Source: Eledone cirrhosa
Taxonomy: Eukaryota
Direction: 5' to 3'
DNA: 64,000 bases
Assembly: GCA_964016885.1 (NCBI GenBank)
Contig: OZ024742.1
Coordinates: forward strand, 214,644,001-214,708,000
Positions within the stretch are counted from its first letter, which is position 1; each line of letters opens with the position of its first letter. Below, one piece after another: positions 26,641-41,842 of the stretch. Made by a program: the position numbers and the translations under genes. The notes beneath the pieces were generated by a model. That model saw only the letters and a list, made by a program, of their open reading frames with translations, ran no database searches and was not told the DNA's origin.

Positions 26641-29619
26641 GCTTGCTGTTGTTATTTCGTGTATTGATTGTTTTTAAACCGTATAAACTACAGCAACATA
26701 AGAAAATAGCAATAACCACAAATCTATTGTCCGTTGCATCATTAGAATGACTGCAGGTATATACTGGACGAAACGATTAATATTTTATGCAACTCTGCGT
26801 CAAGCTGCGATAAAAAATATGAAACGAGACATACAATCGTCTCTAGAAAACATAGATGTTAAATCAACAGCAAATCTTCCAGTTTTAGTAACAAAGTTTC
26901 TTTTCAACATAAACAGAAACACATTACAAAATATACATAACTTATATCCACATAACATATTTCATACACGCCTCTTACCAGAAATACAATTATGGAATTC
27001 CGCAACCAGAAATGACTCAAGGACCGAGAAATGTTTACATAAACAAATTCTTAGAAGCTTTAAAGTTTGCTGGATAATAGCATTTCGAAATCAAACTAAA
27101 TCCTATCCACAGCATATCACTCGAACACATCAATTCCAAATTTCAGACACTGAAATATGCCTAAGAATGTTCAATCTTGGCAGTTTTAATTCACACATTC
27201 ATATTTCTACAACTCAGTATTTAGGGAGACCACTAAATATAACCTCATATATTGCAATAATTTCTCTAAACAATAAAATTTATTAATTTATTGTACCAAT
27301 GCTATTAAACAAAGTCTTCAGTTCCAAATGCCGCTATTGTTGTCAAAAGAACAAATATACGATTCTATCTAATGACCTATTAAACAATTTCCTAACAATT
27401 CCAATGTAAAGTACATCGGTAACCTATATTTCTTTAATTGATTACCTTAATGATTTGATTTCATGCGCATTATTTCTAAGTTAAAAATGCTGATATTATA
27501 GTTTCCTATTCCTATTATTTTGCCTTTTTATCGACCTAGAATACGTAGTACTAAAAATAAAAAAATAAATAAAACATGTCATCCAACAATATAAACATGG
27601 CCTTACGCAAATGGCTAAAAACTGATAAACACTTTGGTCATCATATTAAGAACAGCAAAACTTGAGTGTACAATGAATTTACTAGATCCAATAAAACAGT
27701 CTTAAAATTGCTTAACTCCCTAGAGTAGAGAACTAATAAAATAAAATAATGTATCTAACTTTATCACTCGATAAGCGCAGGTTACATCTACAAGCTCCAT
27801 AAACAATAAACACCAAAATATGAAAATGCAAACAAGATTGACTGCTAACACAATACTGGTATAGCCATCCTGAAATATACTTATGCAAGAAGAACAATTT
27901 TCATGCTGATTTATTTCTTGTTTATTCTAATGTGATGTCTACCCTAGGCGAAAAGCGTAAAAATGACAACATCCACATATAGCATGACAACGCGAAAAAT
28001 CCTTGGATGCTGGAGTACGCAGACACATACACATCAGTGTCACTCTAATAAGAATTCCAGCTATGTAGCTCTGAACAAGAAAAATGGCTGACATGTTACA
28101 CAACAGCGATACACACACCAATTTTTATTATATCTTCGGAACTATTGACAATTATGCGTTATCGATACGCTATGTTGCGCCTGTTTGATACTTCAATTTT
28201 ACTGTAGAGACATTCTGCTGTGGTATAAGTTGAATTCTGTGGAGCGTTCCTTATGGGACGCAATTGGTAGAATAATGAACTGCTAATGCAATCTCTCCGA
28301 AAGCAGAAAGATAGGGATTTATCCATGAGACTTCCGTCTTATTTGAGCCACTCATCGGGAATTGCAAACGCGTCTATATTGTATACAATTATTAGTTAGT
28401 GACTTCACTCAACGCAATTCTCGGTTTGAATAAACAGCTAACTACTGGCACATATTACAATTAATTTAAAGGCTAAACGGTGTGATTTTCATTGTAAAAT
28501 CGGAAAAGTACCCCTATTGTGAATGTCCATTAAAGTATTCTACATTAATATATCTCACTCTATTGGAGAGTTATTTTCTGTTCTTTGTAATGCTCGTGTA
28601 ACAACACCGCCCGTACATATCATCACTTATACAAAATGCTTCTTATTTCCTCTCAATTTCAATTACTTTTCGATTTGTTCTGGTTCTTCTGTTTCCAATC
28701 ATTTGAAACTACATGGCAAAAAGTAATATATGATCTTCGCAAGATATCATTATATTCACATATTTTCTCTGTGACACTGTTGTATCGACGGTGTGTAGGG
28801 GGAAATGATGTACGATCTTCTAGCAATCAATAATAAAGTTATATCACGTGTCATTTGAATTCTGTTTATGCTTACATGCTTCATATACGCGTTATATATT
28901 ATTGAGGGTGTCTTCTAAACTACCAGATATGCAATTTTTTTTTCTCCTGTGTATTGTTCTTGTGTAGCAATATTTCTTCAAATCTCCTGTTCTTTCCTCG
29001 GCACTGAACACATTTTGGATCACATAATTATCCTATCATATTCACCTAAGTGCAGCTATTGAGTGTATTTGGTTGTGTGGTAAATTTCCCATGTGGCAAT
29101 TTGTTTTTCTTTTAAATTCTAGATCGTCCATCTTACCTTTTGTAAAATCATTTTGTGCTTGAATGCACTGACTTTCCTGGTGTTATATATCGGCTTCACG
29201 TATTATATACGATCTTAGTAACATGTCAACCAAACCCGCCTCAACCAATCATTTTATTCTTTTGTGACTATCAATTGTTGGTCATGCAGAATTATTGAGT
29301 GACATTATATTAAACGTGAGTTTACGTGTTTTCTATTTTCGTTCCTTTCCTCTTTCAGAAAGAAGTTCTGTATCCATAGAGATGTGAATCGAGTTGGATA
29401 TAATTTCTGTCAGCATTTTTCGCAACAACGTTAGATATGTAGTTCATTACATTATTTTTGTCACTTATAGAAGGCAAACGTTTACTTTTGTAAACCATAA
29501 GAGAATACCCTCTGCATTAAACCAAATATATTTTATCTTTCAATGAATAATTGCAGTAGTTTTTATTTTATACATACGTTAATTTGACTGTTCTAATTTT
29601 CTATCTACCATGGTTGTAT

Positions 29620-30775
29620 CGGGCTGGAAATCCTTCTCTAATAACACTCCATGCTACACCCAGACATCTCTCCTCGCTTACCTCGATACTTGTATCCGAG
29701 TACCAGCCGAGGGGATATGCACCGTCAAGTTTGACGACTTAGGGTGGCAACAGGTCAGTTTACCGGTCAGGTATGGAGGCCTAGGCCTCCGGTCCCCGAT
29801 CTCACTAGCTTTGCCGGCGTATCTTTCGTCGGTAACCTCGTGCCGCGTCCTCGTCAGCAGGGTTCTTCAAAACACAACAGAACCCTCTGTGTTCAGAGAA
29901 CGTGAGGCCGCCTGTCAGACGTGGGATCGGCTGAGACTTAGCCCGTTAGACGTCCCTCCTCCTTCTCCCCCTGTTGACGAACTTGGGATGCCATCCAGTG
30001 CAGCCTGGCCTCAAACAGACTCACGCGCCAGTTCGACCAGCACTGCCTTGCTTGTTTTCGTGCGGCCTCCAAACCCCACAGTGGTGCCTGGCTGCATTCT
30101 CTGCCCGCCTTCTCCATTGGCACACATATATACAACCATAGTCTGCGAATTGGCGTTTCCTTGAGGCTCGGCCTCCAGATCTGCCAGCCACACCAATGTC
30201 GCTGCGGTTCCACCGTGGACCCTTTCGGCCTCCACCCGCTTTCCTGTCGCGACAGTGCCGGCCGCATTCCACGCCATACTGCCCTCAACGAGGTCATTAA
30301 GCATGGCTTGGACGCTGCAGGCTTCCCTTCCCAGCTCAAGCCGGTGGGGCTGGATCGAGGGGACGGCAAAAGGCCAGATGGCATGACCATCTTCCCGTTC
30401 CGCGGTGGCAAACCCCTCGTCTGCGATGCCACTTGCACCGACACTTTCTGCAGCCGCAACCTGGTGCAGTCTGCGACTGACCCAGGTTCTGCTGCACGTC
30501 GGGCTGAGAGGGCCAAACTCCTCAAATACCGGTCGCTCTCCGACAGGTTTGCGGTCGTTCCCCTGGCAGTGGAAACTTCTGGTGTCCTCGGCCCCAGGGC
30601 TACCTCCTTACTCACCACTATAGGCGTTGACCTGGCCAGCCGCAGGTGTGAGCCCCGCGAGTTGGAGTGGCTTTTCCATACCGTCTCCCTTGCCGTCCTC
30701 CAGGGAAACGCCTTCTCCTATCTGTCCGCAGGGGCTGTGGGTGGGCCCCATCGCGTACCAATACATTAGTTAAAT
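29620..30775 (+). mobile_element. 5'-truncated CRE-like non-LTR retrotransposon with Zn-knuckle and restriction-like endonuclease
   Basis: LPVRYGGLGLRS, CRCG..HPLSC, RHTALNE, GKRPDG, D-x-T and KLLKY..PLAVETSG motifs, with frameshifts, in a GC-rich island. Confidence 0.85.
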
Positions 30776-33700
30776 AACATTCTTTCATCTGATATAAGGA
30801 TGCAACTATAGATAACATCTTGAAAAACATAGACGCTCCAAAAAATATTCAGCAGTAGAAATATTTCAACTGGTAAGAAAAGAATAAAGAAAATAAATTA
30901 AAAATTACTCAATTTCATGTTGATTTACTCGAATCTGACGCTGCATTTTCCTATTTTTCAGCAAAGTTCAATTACCGATAGAATATTTTTCGTTACTCAT
31001 ATCAGCATTTGATATTTATTTATTTTTTCCTGCATTTGTTATGTTTTATTGTTTTATTTTACCTTGTGCATTGTGGACACTGTCTATGTTTACAATTCCT
31101 ATCCTTCTTAAAGTTCTCCGAAAGTTTAGAGAACTAATTCAAACCTTTCTTTGAGATATGTTTTGTTTTCCTGTTATTTTACGATTGATATTTTTGTACA
31201 TATCTTTACCTATTTCACGGACAGAACATGCCTTACGAAACACCAGCTTCACTAGTAAAATCAATATTATTTTATAATATATTTTACAGGCCTATTGCAA
31301 CTCACTGCTAAGAATAATATTATTGTCATTATCGTCAATGCCGTTAATATTGATTTCTTAAGTCAGCAAAATGCCAGAAAGTTTGGAGTATGGAACTAGC
31401 AGGAATATCGATTCTAGTATTTGTTTAGTACATATTTTATCAATGACGAAACGATGATATGCAAAGACGGCATCGACGATGTTTGTAATATCTGAACCTA
31501 ACGTTACCTAAATTTAATTCAATTGATTATATACCTAACACATATACACACCTGTCGCAAAGAGCCATAATATAATTAATTTGAATAACGATGTCATTTA
31601 TATTTAGAAGCTGGAATGCCACAAACAATACCGTGCACACATATATGCACTTCATTTTGATTTCTCTGTTTTAAGGTATAATCCTATTAGCTATTAAAAT
31701 GGTGGATTCTATAAAATAAATATTATTTTGAAGCAGGGTTCAATTAAATTGTTGAAATTGTTGCCATTGTTGGGATTCTTGGAGTGCAGATATTTAATAT
31801 TATGTTAATGTCTCAACAACGATGACATGCTTGTTTTTTAAATTTCAAGTTTCATTCATTGTAACACCTGTAGTCATTGTATTTACATTAGTTTATGTTA
31901 TCCATCAGCTTTACGTCAATCATTTATTTCGCATCAAGACGTTTCATATTCGTGGATGAGTATTCTCTTGTTATGAACAACATTAGATTATTAAGGTTAT
32001 TGTTCTATCTACACATTTTCAAGTTTATCATTAGACGGCCCACACAATTCTGCAGTTGGATGGAAGAATGTATAGAAAATGAACTTCTTGTGGTATATAG
32101 TTACCTTTCACTTATGTACTGCGTTCAAATCCTGATAAAATTTACTTTGCATTGACTCATCCTAAAGTCAATGATTCTACTGGCGTCTATGTAATTGACG
32201 CTTGTATATCAGAATAGATAAGGCGCTGGCTGAAAGCCTAAAATCCTAGATGAATATATTATATTAGATATGTTTCTCGTGATACTTTCAGATATATCTG
32301 TTTTCCGTTTACATATTTGCCTAATTTCATCACAGTTTCAGTGATAAGGTGAAAATGTTGGTAGGTTATAATCTTTTTTGTTCATATATACAATCGTGCA
32401 ATTCATTTAATTTTTATTTAACGTAAACATTAATTATTTGTTGCATTTTCGAATCTGTGATGAGATATAGATAAAACCGGAAATATAACACAAAAACTGG
32501 TTAGAATAAAGTATCATTTGAATTGTATCTTGGTTTCTTGACAAGAGCCATTCGATAAGAGAGAAAAGACGGACGCTAGGTGCAGTAGTCTATTCTAAGT
32601 CTCACTTTGGTTTCATAATGAATTAGAATTTTGTCGGCGCTGAATTGTCTTAAGGCCATGAAATAGAAGGCTAGTATTTGCGATGTAGCAGGTGGTATGT
32701 AAGAAAATATGAAATCTCCAGAACAGCAGTGAGTGTGAGACCTAGCATTTATATCGATCTTCAGGGATATAGTTGAATGTATTTCATGTGTAAGAAAAGC
32801 TTGTGATATGAAGCCAGTATATAATCCTAACAACCAGTATGTAATAAAATAATAGCGTATTCATTGTATTCATCAACTACAGAGGATATTTTTACATATA
32901 ATCGGAGATTGCTACAGTGAGCAAATATATTTACAATACTTGAAAACTAAATAGAAAACGTTTAGCGTTTAAAGTGTATCGAAAGCAGGCACGATATACA
33001 GTTAATAAATACATTAACATTATGTCTAAAAGAAAGTAAAATATGGTAGGTATAAATTAAGTGAGTCTCAAACATTGCAGTCGCCTTCCTAGAGGACAAT
33101 AATTACACCAGAATATGGAAGATCTAAAAGATTGAAAGCAAATGTCTACTACGATAAAGAAAGGTAAATATATTTGAAACATTCCGGCCCTCTACAAACA
33201 TAAAACAGCATACTTTTCAGCTTTGAACAACATTGCCGAATAATAACACTAGATTATAGCCACTATAAGTCAGGTAATCCTTGAAATAGCATATTTCGAC
33301 TGTAAACAGAAGGAAGTTGACTAAGTGAATTAAAAACAAGCTATAACTGCTAGTGTGGTGCCTGATTCGGAACATAATGTATGCACGGTAACGTGCAAGT
33401 GTTGTGGTGCTTATATTAGGTTCAATAGAAGATTGTTCCATAGCGTATTATTAGGCCATACTCAGGCGTGTCTCACCCTGATATTTCAAAATGCTAAAGT
33501 CAATTATCATATCTTTCTCAAAGCTTACTTCACTGCTTTTATGTAGTTATATATTTACTCAGTGATGGCAGCTAGAATGCCCTTCATCATAGGTTTGCGA
33601 AACGTCAGCATCAAATCAGCATTCTGAAGAAGCGTTCTGGCATGGCTGACATAAAATACATCGGAGGTGTGCATCACATGAATGTTCAGAGAAATGAACG

Positions 33701-34479
33701 TGGAAGCGCTGGAGCTATGATACTATATATCTAATGGAAATATCCAAGTCAGACGAATTCATTTTTAATTATTCTGCATGATATGCACCTTACTCAAGCA
33801 TATCTCATTTTGAAAATAACTATACCAAATCGAATATCTTCAAAGATAATCATTATTAATCATATTAATCGGTAAAAGCTGGCAATATGTTTAACAATAG
33901 TCTTTAGGGGTTTCAATCAATTCCTTTATATAAACTGTACCGATATGTTTAGAATTATCTAAAGTTTTGTCGTGGACCACAACTATAGAACTGCAGATAT
34001 GCGTGCAACCTAAGTATACAAACATAATCTCTCTGTATAAATCTACTGCCTCCTCATTTTCAAATTTTCGAAAACATCTTGCTTTATTAACGTGATAAAT
34101 TAAACTTTTTCGACTGCATACCAAATCCAAATGAAACTATGTGTAATATACAGCCGTTATATATCCCTCAAATTACACTATACTATCATGAAACAGAATA
34201 GAGAATATAGTAATGTATGTCTGGCGATAATATTCTTGATATTTATGTTTGGAGCGTTTAGGATGCATTGCCAGGTTGATCAGAACGCATTTAGGACTGA
34301 AGTACAATAACAAAATAAATCTACAACACCTGGCCCTCGGTTTGCTTTGATATATGTCACTGTCTTGTTTATAACCAAGGAGTTTGCCATAGAATATATT
34401 GCCCAGTCAGACTTTCCTCAGAAGTACAGTTCTCACAAATTTCAACTCCGCTCACAATGGACTTATCGTCATGATTCTA

Positions 34480-36800
34480 TAGACGTCCATAGTGAAGAAT
34501 TGGTCGAAGGCCAATTTCGCCGTAAGCACGTCGGTCGCGATGCCTTTACTAAGCACCTCGTCTAATATTCTACCTATTTCTCCCTCTGCTCTATGTTTCT
34601 CTATTGCTAACGCCTTATTAAACATAATGGACTCTATTCTAATCGCTCTTTTCCGGGCGAACCACCATTTGTTGTTGACGATTGCCGCCTGTCAACGCGC
34701 GCTTAACGAGTTCGCTAATCGGCCTCTGTAGGCTTTGCGTGCTGTCAACGACGCGTTTAGCTTCCACTAGTCGTGTCCCTGTCTATAAAGTCTTTCTAAA
34801 TTGACCACAAAGATCATGAATTTGTAGTCAGTGTAGTCGTCTATTTTGAATTGCGGACAATCTATGCTAGAACTATCTATTTTCCTTAGAAAATACTCTA
34901 TATAGATACGATCTGGGTGACGCGATGCAGTTTGTCCATGTTCACATTGGCACATTCGTGAAATCCACTCGTTACCTGTCAGACAGCTGAAAACGTCTGA
35001 GCAGGTTTTCTCAGGAGACTGTTACACCCTCCTTCCCTAACCGCTAACTCCCCACAGTCCCAACGTGCCATCATTTCCAATCGTCCACTAACATTAAAGT
35101 TCCTAGAAAGGTCCCTAGTTGCCTGATAAAATCAGGCCGTCCTGCCCCTGTCGTGGCATAAACAATCACTAGCCTAAAAGCATAGCCTTCACTGCATGTA
35201 ACATCCAGCACCACGGACTTACCTTCTGGGTCCAGGAAGATGGTCCGTATAACGAGATCCAGGCCTATCCGAAATATCACAGCGACTCCATCTCCCGATC
35301 CCGTCCGCCTTGAAGATGCGTACACATCATAACCACCGAAGATGGGTGAGAAGGCATATGCTGCGGAAATTCTGGTCTCGCAGATGGCCACCACATCTAT
35401 ATTCATTGACCTGAGGTCATTGAGCATATGGCACCCTCAGGAAGGATGTCTTCATAAATCCTCCTGGAAAGTGTTTGCCGGAAATCTACGATGTCCTTGG
35501 GAAATTTTAATTTTAACTTTGTGTATGTTTTCTGTGTGATGCGAGTGATTTGTATGTGTGGGTTGCGTGAATCTTTGGTGTGTTGTACAGTTTTTCGCTG
35601 TGATGCTGGTGTTGTGTTTGATGTAGTGTAATAATTGCTTATTATTGAAGTTTAATGTTGTGTAGTGCTTTTCGGTTTGGTTGCTTTGTTTTGTTTGCAT
35701 TTATTGTGGGTTTGTTTCTATTTCGATTGTTGGTGTTTATGTGGTGTTGGTGATGGTGGTGTTGGGGTTGATGATGGTGATGGTCTTTGTGGTGATGGGG
35801 CTGGTGGTGCTGGTGGTGCTGGTGTGGGTGGTGGCGTAGCTATCTTAAGTTTCTTGTTAGTTGGTTTGTTCGTTTCGCCCTCTATTTGTTTTGTTTACTT
35901 TTTTCCAGATTCAGTTTCCCACCCTCTTGCTCGTCAAAGTATGTCTCCAGTTGTGAGAGGTCGGGGAGTGGAATGTCCTTCACAGGTGTTGGTGTTGGTT
36001 GTGCTGTGGTGGATGGTGGAAGCGCTGGTGCTACGTCGGGCGCGGTGATGATGTTGGTCCTGTTAGAGTTGCTGCTATCGTTGCTGCTGCTGCTGGTTTT
36101 GCTGGTTGAGCCAGTCATGTGGGCAGGAGAGTTTTCCTTAATTGTTTAGCCATCTCCAGAGGGCAGAAGTCCTTTAGGTGGGTTTCATCGCCTAAAGCGA
36201 CTCACCTTGGTCATCTACCTTCAATATTACGGTGAGATGGCTACCGTCATCGAGCTCTATCACATCTGGAATCTCTTGGGTGTTTTTCTGGACTGCTTGT
36301 ATCAGGAGTTCTATTCAATCTCCGGACCTGTTCTCTTGTTTTATTATTATCACCTCAATCACCTTTGGGAAGTCTTCGATATCGGTGAGGACGGCAGCCA
36401 CCAGCCAGGGAATTTCAATTGCCGTCGGAACCTGGGTTATCCTCACTCTTACGAGACTTTATCTGCATCGCCTTGGGACTAGTATGAATTCGTAACTCGT
36501 GGGGGCCATGGAGTGCTCTCTGTCTACTTGTGGGATTTCAAAGAACGCATGCTCTCGTGTGTGTATTCATTTTGTCTTTAGTTTCCGTTGTTTCAGGGGT
36601 GGTGTTGTCTGTGGTGTTGGTCACTTCTACCGTAGTTGTGGTGGGAGTGGCGGCATTCAGTTGTAAACATTAGCAGAGCTGGCAATTCCGCTTAGTTTTC
36701 ACGAAATAAGTTTTGATCGATGCTGCTGCTGTTACTGCAGTACTTGCTGTTGCTGCTGCTGCTGTTATAGTTTTCAGTATTTTTGTTGTCCCACTGTATG
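34480..36800 (-). mobile_element. Decayed 5' half of L1/Tx1 LINE (ORF1 with Zn-knuckle remnant plus APE endonuclease)
   Basis: LNDLRSMNIDVVAICETR (APE N-terminus), TDYKF..WKLNASL and an ORF1 HLKDFCP remnant. Confidence 0.8.
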
Positions 36801-36828
36801 GATAGCTTGAATGACTGAACCATAATAA

Positions 36829-37010
36829 TAATTGTTTCTACTTTTGGCACAAGGCCAGCAACTAAATCAGTGTATTACTGGTACTTTATTTTATCGACCC
36901 CGTAAGGATGAAAGGCAAAGTTAACCTCGGCGGGTTTTGAATTCAGACCATAAAGGGACATAAGTTTTTTTTGCTGCAATGCATGGCGTCCGACCCGATA
37001 CTGCCAATCC
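36829..37010 (-). mobile_element. SINE (main family)
   Basis: Homology to the other copies. Confidence 0.85.
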
Positions 37011-37761
37011 ACAACAACAAAAACAACAACAACAACGACTACGATGACACCACTACCAACACTACCACCAACAACAATAAAAATATTCATAGTTTATGGG
37101 TTAAAAGATTCATTTTTCCCGAAACTAAAAAGAATAACTCTATAAGACGATGACAACATGAATTTATTATAATACAGACCACGTAAAATAAATTCTTCCT
37201 CACACTAAATTTCTCATATAGCTTAGAAATGATTGGTGAAATCAATAATATTTATTGTGGCCAAATTGAATTAATAAGGTGTTGTTTTCTTATTCAATAT
37301 AAATCTGTTATTTTAGTATCTTCAGTAAATAAAGAAGTCGCTTTACAGGGTGTGAAATGCGAATACCATAAATAGTCTTAACTCGTAATGCTGTACTTAC
37401 GAAATAGCGACTTGATTTTGGTGTGTCTGTGACAAAACAATAAGCTGTGTAGTGTACTTTAATAATATTTGGAATTATTAAAAAAAAAGAAAAAAGTGTT
37501 TACTCATCACTGTGGACGCAAGAGGCGTCTACGTAGTCACCCAACTCGCAACAATTATTAATGAAATCAGTTGCAAAGTATACACACGCTTTGGATACTG
37601 TAGTCTTATGTACACCGAAAACTGCCTGCTGGTCACGGTAGAAATGCAGTTGATCATAGATATGCTTACAAAAATGTAGATATTATAATAACAAAATCAC
37701 TAATCCAAGTTTTATGTAGCACTGATGTATATTCCCCTACTAAACAATCACTTAGTTCGAA

Positions 37762-37900
37762 CTAGCAGAATGGCCCGGTGTTGCTTGGGTTTGATCTAGG
37801 GTTCTTATATATTTGAGATATATTTATCATTATTGAGCCTCGTGAAATAAATGCGTTTGTTTATATTTCGTTATTATGTAAGCAAAATCATCTGTACATG
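37762..37900 (-). mobile_element. Helitron 3' terminus
   Basis: Minus strand tcaaacccaagcaacaccgggccattctgCTAGt matches the 10720-10753 terminus. Confidence 0.7.
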
Positions 37901-37926
37901 AATATATAATTATATATATATAAATA

Positions 37927-38040
37927 TATAAAAATAACGGATTAAAGATTAAGCAAAGAATCACTGCTTTCACCATTAACGGGATCTTCTGCAACTAAAA
38001 CACCGATCTATAAACGCAGAAGTAAATATTTCGAAAAACT
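37927..38040 (-). mobile_element. Fragment of the CAGAAGA-HHR pLTR family
   Basis: Homologous to 57686-57800. Confidence 0.75.
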
Positions 38041-38965
38041 TTACACACACACTATATATATATAGTTATGTAATAAACAACAGAAGATAATTATTTTATT
38101 TACCAGTGGTTTCTTGAAAGCAAACAAATTTGTTTTCAGTCATTAGAATGGAAAATAATCCTGGTGTTTTTATTGAATGTGGATTTGAAAAACAAACATA
38201 TAAGTGATATGAAAGTGAGGCTTGAGGAAGAAGTAGAAAGGGAGAAAAGAAAAATAAATATATAAGTATAAAAACACACAACCACACATATACAACTATA
38301 TATATATATATATAGACATACCTACACATGCACACAAATACACAAATACATATATATATATATACACATACATATATATACACATACATATATATATATA
38401 TATGTATATATATATATCGGCCTGCCCGCCCAGCCAGTGCGATGGCGTTATCTAATGGACAAAACAGCACGACGTGCTGTAACCAGCGGCGGCGATTGGC
38501 GCCCGAGAGACTGGTCGGTCAAGGTGGTCAAGGCGATACATATACATACACCCACATACATACATACACACATATACACACATACATACGCACACACACA
38601 CATACACATATATATATATACACACACACATATAATTATAAGAATTAAAAAAAATCAATAAACAAACAAAATACATATACATGAAATCAAAGTAAAATCA
38701 AATATAAAACATAAAAAATAAGGGAATAAAAAAATGATTAAGTTGACAGCGATGTGAAAGAGGGGAAAGGCACAAATAAAAATAAATAAACAAACACACG
38801 TAGTAAGCAAATGAACAAAATAAAATAAATAAATATATATATATATAGATACATAACTATATATATATATATATCAATAACAAAGTGGAAGGGGTATTCA
38901 AATAGTTGGAAATACGACAAATAATAAATAAAGACAGATGTTTATAGCTCATTTAGAGCACTCAT

Positions 38966-39094
<129 letters not shown>

Positions 39095-39341
39095 CCATAT
39101 ACATACACATATATGTACACACATATACATAAACAGACATACATACATATACCAACACACACACATATATATATATAAACAAATATACATACATATATGA
39201 GCACATATACATAAACGTGCATGTTCTCACACAAAAAATACATACTCACAAAGGCCCATATATATATATATACACACACATATACATATACATATACATA
39301 CACATACACACACACATATATATATATATATATACACATAT

Positions 39342-39388
<47 letters not shown>

Positions 39389-39400
39389 CTTACTGCCGCC

Positions 39401-40744
39401 TTGGACTTCGCCGAAACACTCGTGCCCATCACCGACCAGGAAAGAAAAATCATCCTCCACGCCAGGAAGACAGTCTTACTCTTTGACGACTCTAAATGGA
39501 TAAAAAGAGCTCCCGACTCACCCTTCGACGTCAGCATGGGCGCCACAGATTCGGCGGAGGTCACTGATCTTATAGGATTATTCCTAATAGCCAAACTCAC
39601 TGATATGTTTCCTGCATTCGGTGGTGGATTGTACCGTGATGATGGGCTCCTTACCCTTAAAGGGTACAACCCCAGTAGTACAGATCGGGTCCGGAAACAA
39701 TTAATCAGATTCTTCCGCGACTGGGGATTTAAAATAACCCTACAAACGTCCCTGACCCGAGTAAACTTCCTGGACGTAACCCTCGACCTCGAAAACGACC
39801 TGTACTACCCATACAGGAAACCTAATGACAATCTGCACTACATCCACCGCCGATCAAACCATCCTAGGAACATCACAAACAACCTGGTCAAAAACATCTC
39901 CCTCCGCATATCCCGTTTGTCAGCTAATGAGCGGATATTCGATGAACATGCGCCTTATTACAACCAGGCCCTCAAGCGGAGTGGTTTCCGGGAGGAAATA
40001 TCCTACTGTCCAGATCCCATTAGCGGAACCAGCAGGAGACACCGCCGCTCACGCAATGTAACATGGTTCAATCCTCCCCACAACGCAGAGGTGACTACTC
40101 CCATCGGGAAACTATTCTTTAGGCTCATTGAAAAACACTTCCCATTACAACACCGCTACCACAACATAATTAACAAAAATACCATCAAACTCTCTTACAG
40201 CACTACACCAAACTTCGCACAAAACATCGTCTCCTCTAACAACAAAAAACTCAACCCCGATGGCAGAAATAACCTAAATAGCAGTGGAGAACCGACCAGG
40301 AGGTGTAACTGCCCGGATAGATCTATTTGCCCACTCGACAATAGATGCAGAGACCGTAATGTGATCTACCAGTGCAACGTGAGGACGGATACCTCCAACA
40401 AAGCCTATATAGGACTTACCGCATGTGACTTCAAGACCCGGCTATACCAACATAGACATACCTTCCGAAACCCGGCCCGGCGTCACGCCACTACACTTTC
40501 GGGCCACATATGGGACCTCAAGGACAACAACATCACCTATGATCTCACTTGGAGATTACTGTCCAGAGCCAATTCTTACACGGGAGGACGCCGTCCGTGC
40601 AATTTATGCTCGGAGGAAACTTTACAAATGCTGTTTTCGACGGACCAACTCCTAAACAAGAAAGATGAACTGGTTACTGCATGTAAACATAGATTGCGTA
40701 GGACTTACCTCGCCCTCAAACCCCATAATGACCCGGGGGGGTAG
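39401..40744 (+). CDS. Truncated PLE RT-endonuclease frame (no native start)
   Basis: [49 protein letters not shown] and CNLCSEE. Confidence 0.88.
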   Translation: MDFAETLVPITDQERKIILHARKTVLLFDDSKWIKRAPDSPFDVSMGATDSAEVTDLIGLFLIAKLTDMFPAFGGGLYRDDGLLTLKGYNPSSTDRVRKQLIRFFRDWGFKITLQTSLTRVNFLDVTLDLENDLYYPYRKPNDNLHYIHRRSNHPRNITNNLVKNISLRISRLSANERIFDEHAPYYNQALKRSGFREEISYCPDPISGTSRRHRRSRNVTWFNPPHNAEVTTPIGKLFFRLIEKHFPLQHRYHNIINKNTIKLSYSTTPNFAQNIVSSNNKKLNPDGRNNLNSSGEPTRRCNCPDRSICPLDNRCRDRNVIYQCNVRTDTSNKAYIGLTACDFKTRLYQHRHTFRNPARRHATTLSGHIWDLKDNNITYDLTWRLLSRANSYTGGRRPCNLCSEETLQMLFSTDQLLNKKDELVTACKHRLRRTYLALKPHNDPGG

Positions 40745-41842
40745 ACTAGGGCTATAACACCCCAGTTGCCGATTTTGCAATGGGTAACCCCTGCTTGCCA
40801 AGGAAGACGTAAGATCTTCTTTGTATTCTTTTATCGCATCCTTTATTTCCTTCCCCCCTCTCTCCTTTGTCCTTCTACCCCAGCTCTTCTCCTTTGTCGG
40901 CGTCTTTTCTCGCCCACCCGAGGCTGCCCTTTGGCCCCATGTAGCCTTAGTACCCCCACTCCCCCCTCCCCTAGTCTTTGATAGATTTGGCGGACTCCGC
41001 CCTTTATAGCAGTTGGCTTAGACCCCGGATACTTGCCCCCCTTTTCCGACCGCTCCCACTATTCTCTGTGCCCTCTATATTTCTTAGTGGCACTTATGCC
41101 TTATTTTTTCGTTTCAGTATTTCTTGCTTCGCTTTTCTTCTGGGCGGGGTGGATTCTGAACTTATTTCTCCGTATTCTACCTTTATTTCGTACGAACTTT
41201 CATGTAGCTTGTTTTAGATCTTTTAGAGTTAGCATTAGTATATATTTTTCCCGGGACTCAGAATTATTATGTCGTACAAGTTCACTTTGCTGCACTGGGT
41301 CGTTGCTGGCCCGGGATGGAAACCTTTATTGTTTATTTCGTGGTAGTCTCTTTAGTATTTTGGCCCCTTTTGTTGACCAGTCACCGTATCATTTACGTAC
41401 TTATACCTCTTAAAAGGGTCCTTGCCTAATTCGTCCCACCTAGTTATTTTACTTATTTCCTTATTTATTTATTTATTTATTTATTTACTTCTTTCTTTCT
41501 TTCTTTATTTTATTCTCGCCTAACAATAGCCTGACACCTAGGTCGTAGAATTTAATTTTTTCTTTACACTTATTTGCTTTTCTTCACTCTCAGTATTTTT
41601 TCTTTCCTATTTTTACCCCCCATTGTTCTACCTACCGTTCCGACTTCCTCCCCCTCCCCCTCCCCTGTATCTTCTTTGACCTCATGCCCAGCTGTAGCTG
41701 GCACTACCAACGCTTGATTGGGTCTACTCCACCCCCTCCCCTCTTTCTCCTACTGGCAGGTTTAGCCACCATCTCCCCTACTAATTTGCAACCACAGAAT
41801 TACTACTGATTTTTGACAATCACTTTGACCATATATGGAATT

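Noticed and set aside
26747-27286. 179-aa ORF
   Set aside because: No recognisable motif; its A/C-rich bias suggests decayed TE sequence or chance.
33081-33163. AG...GT-bounded exon-like segment
   Set aside because: It has stop codons in all three frames.
33575-33655. GAAACGTC and CTGAAGA close together
   Set aside because: Their order and pairing do not give a consistent hammerhead fold.
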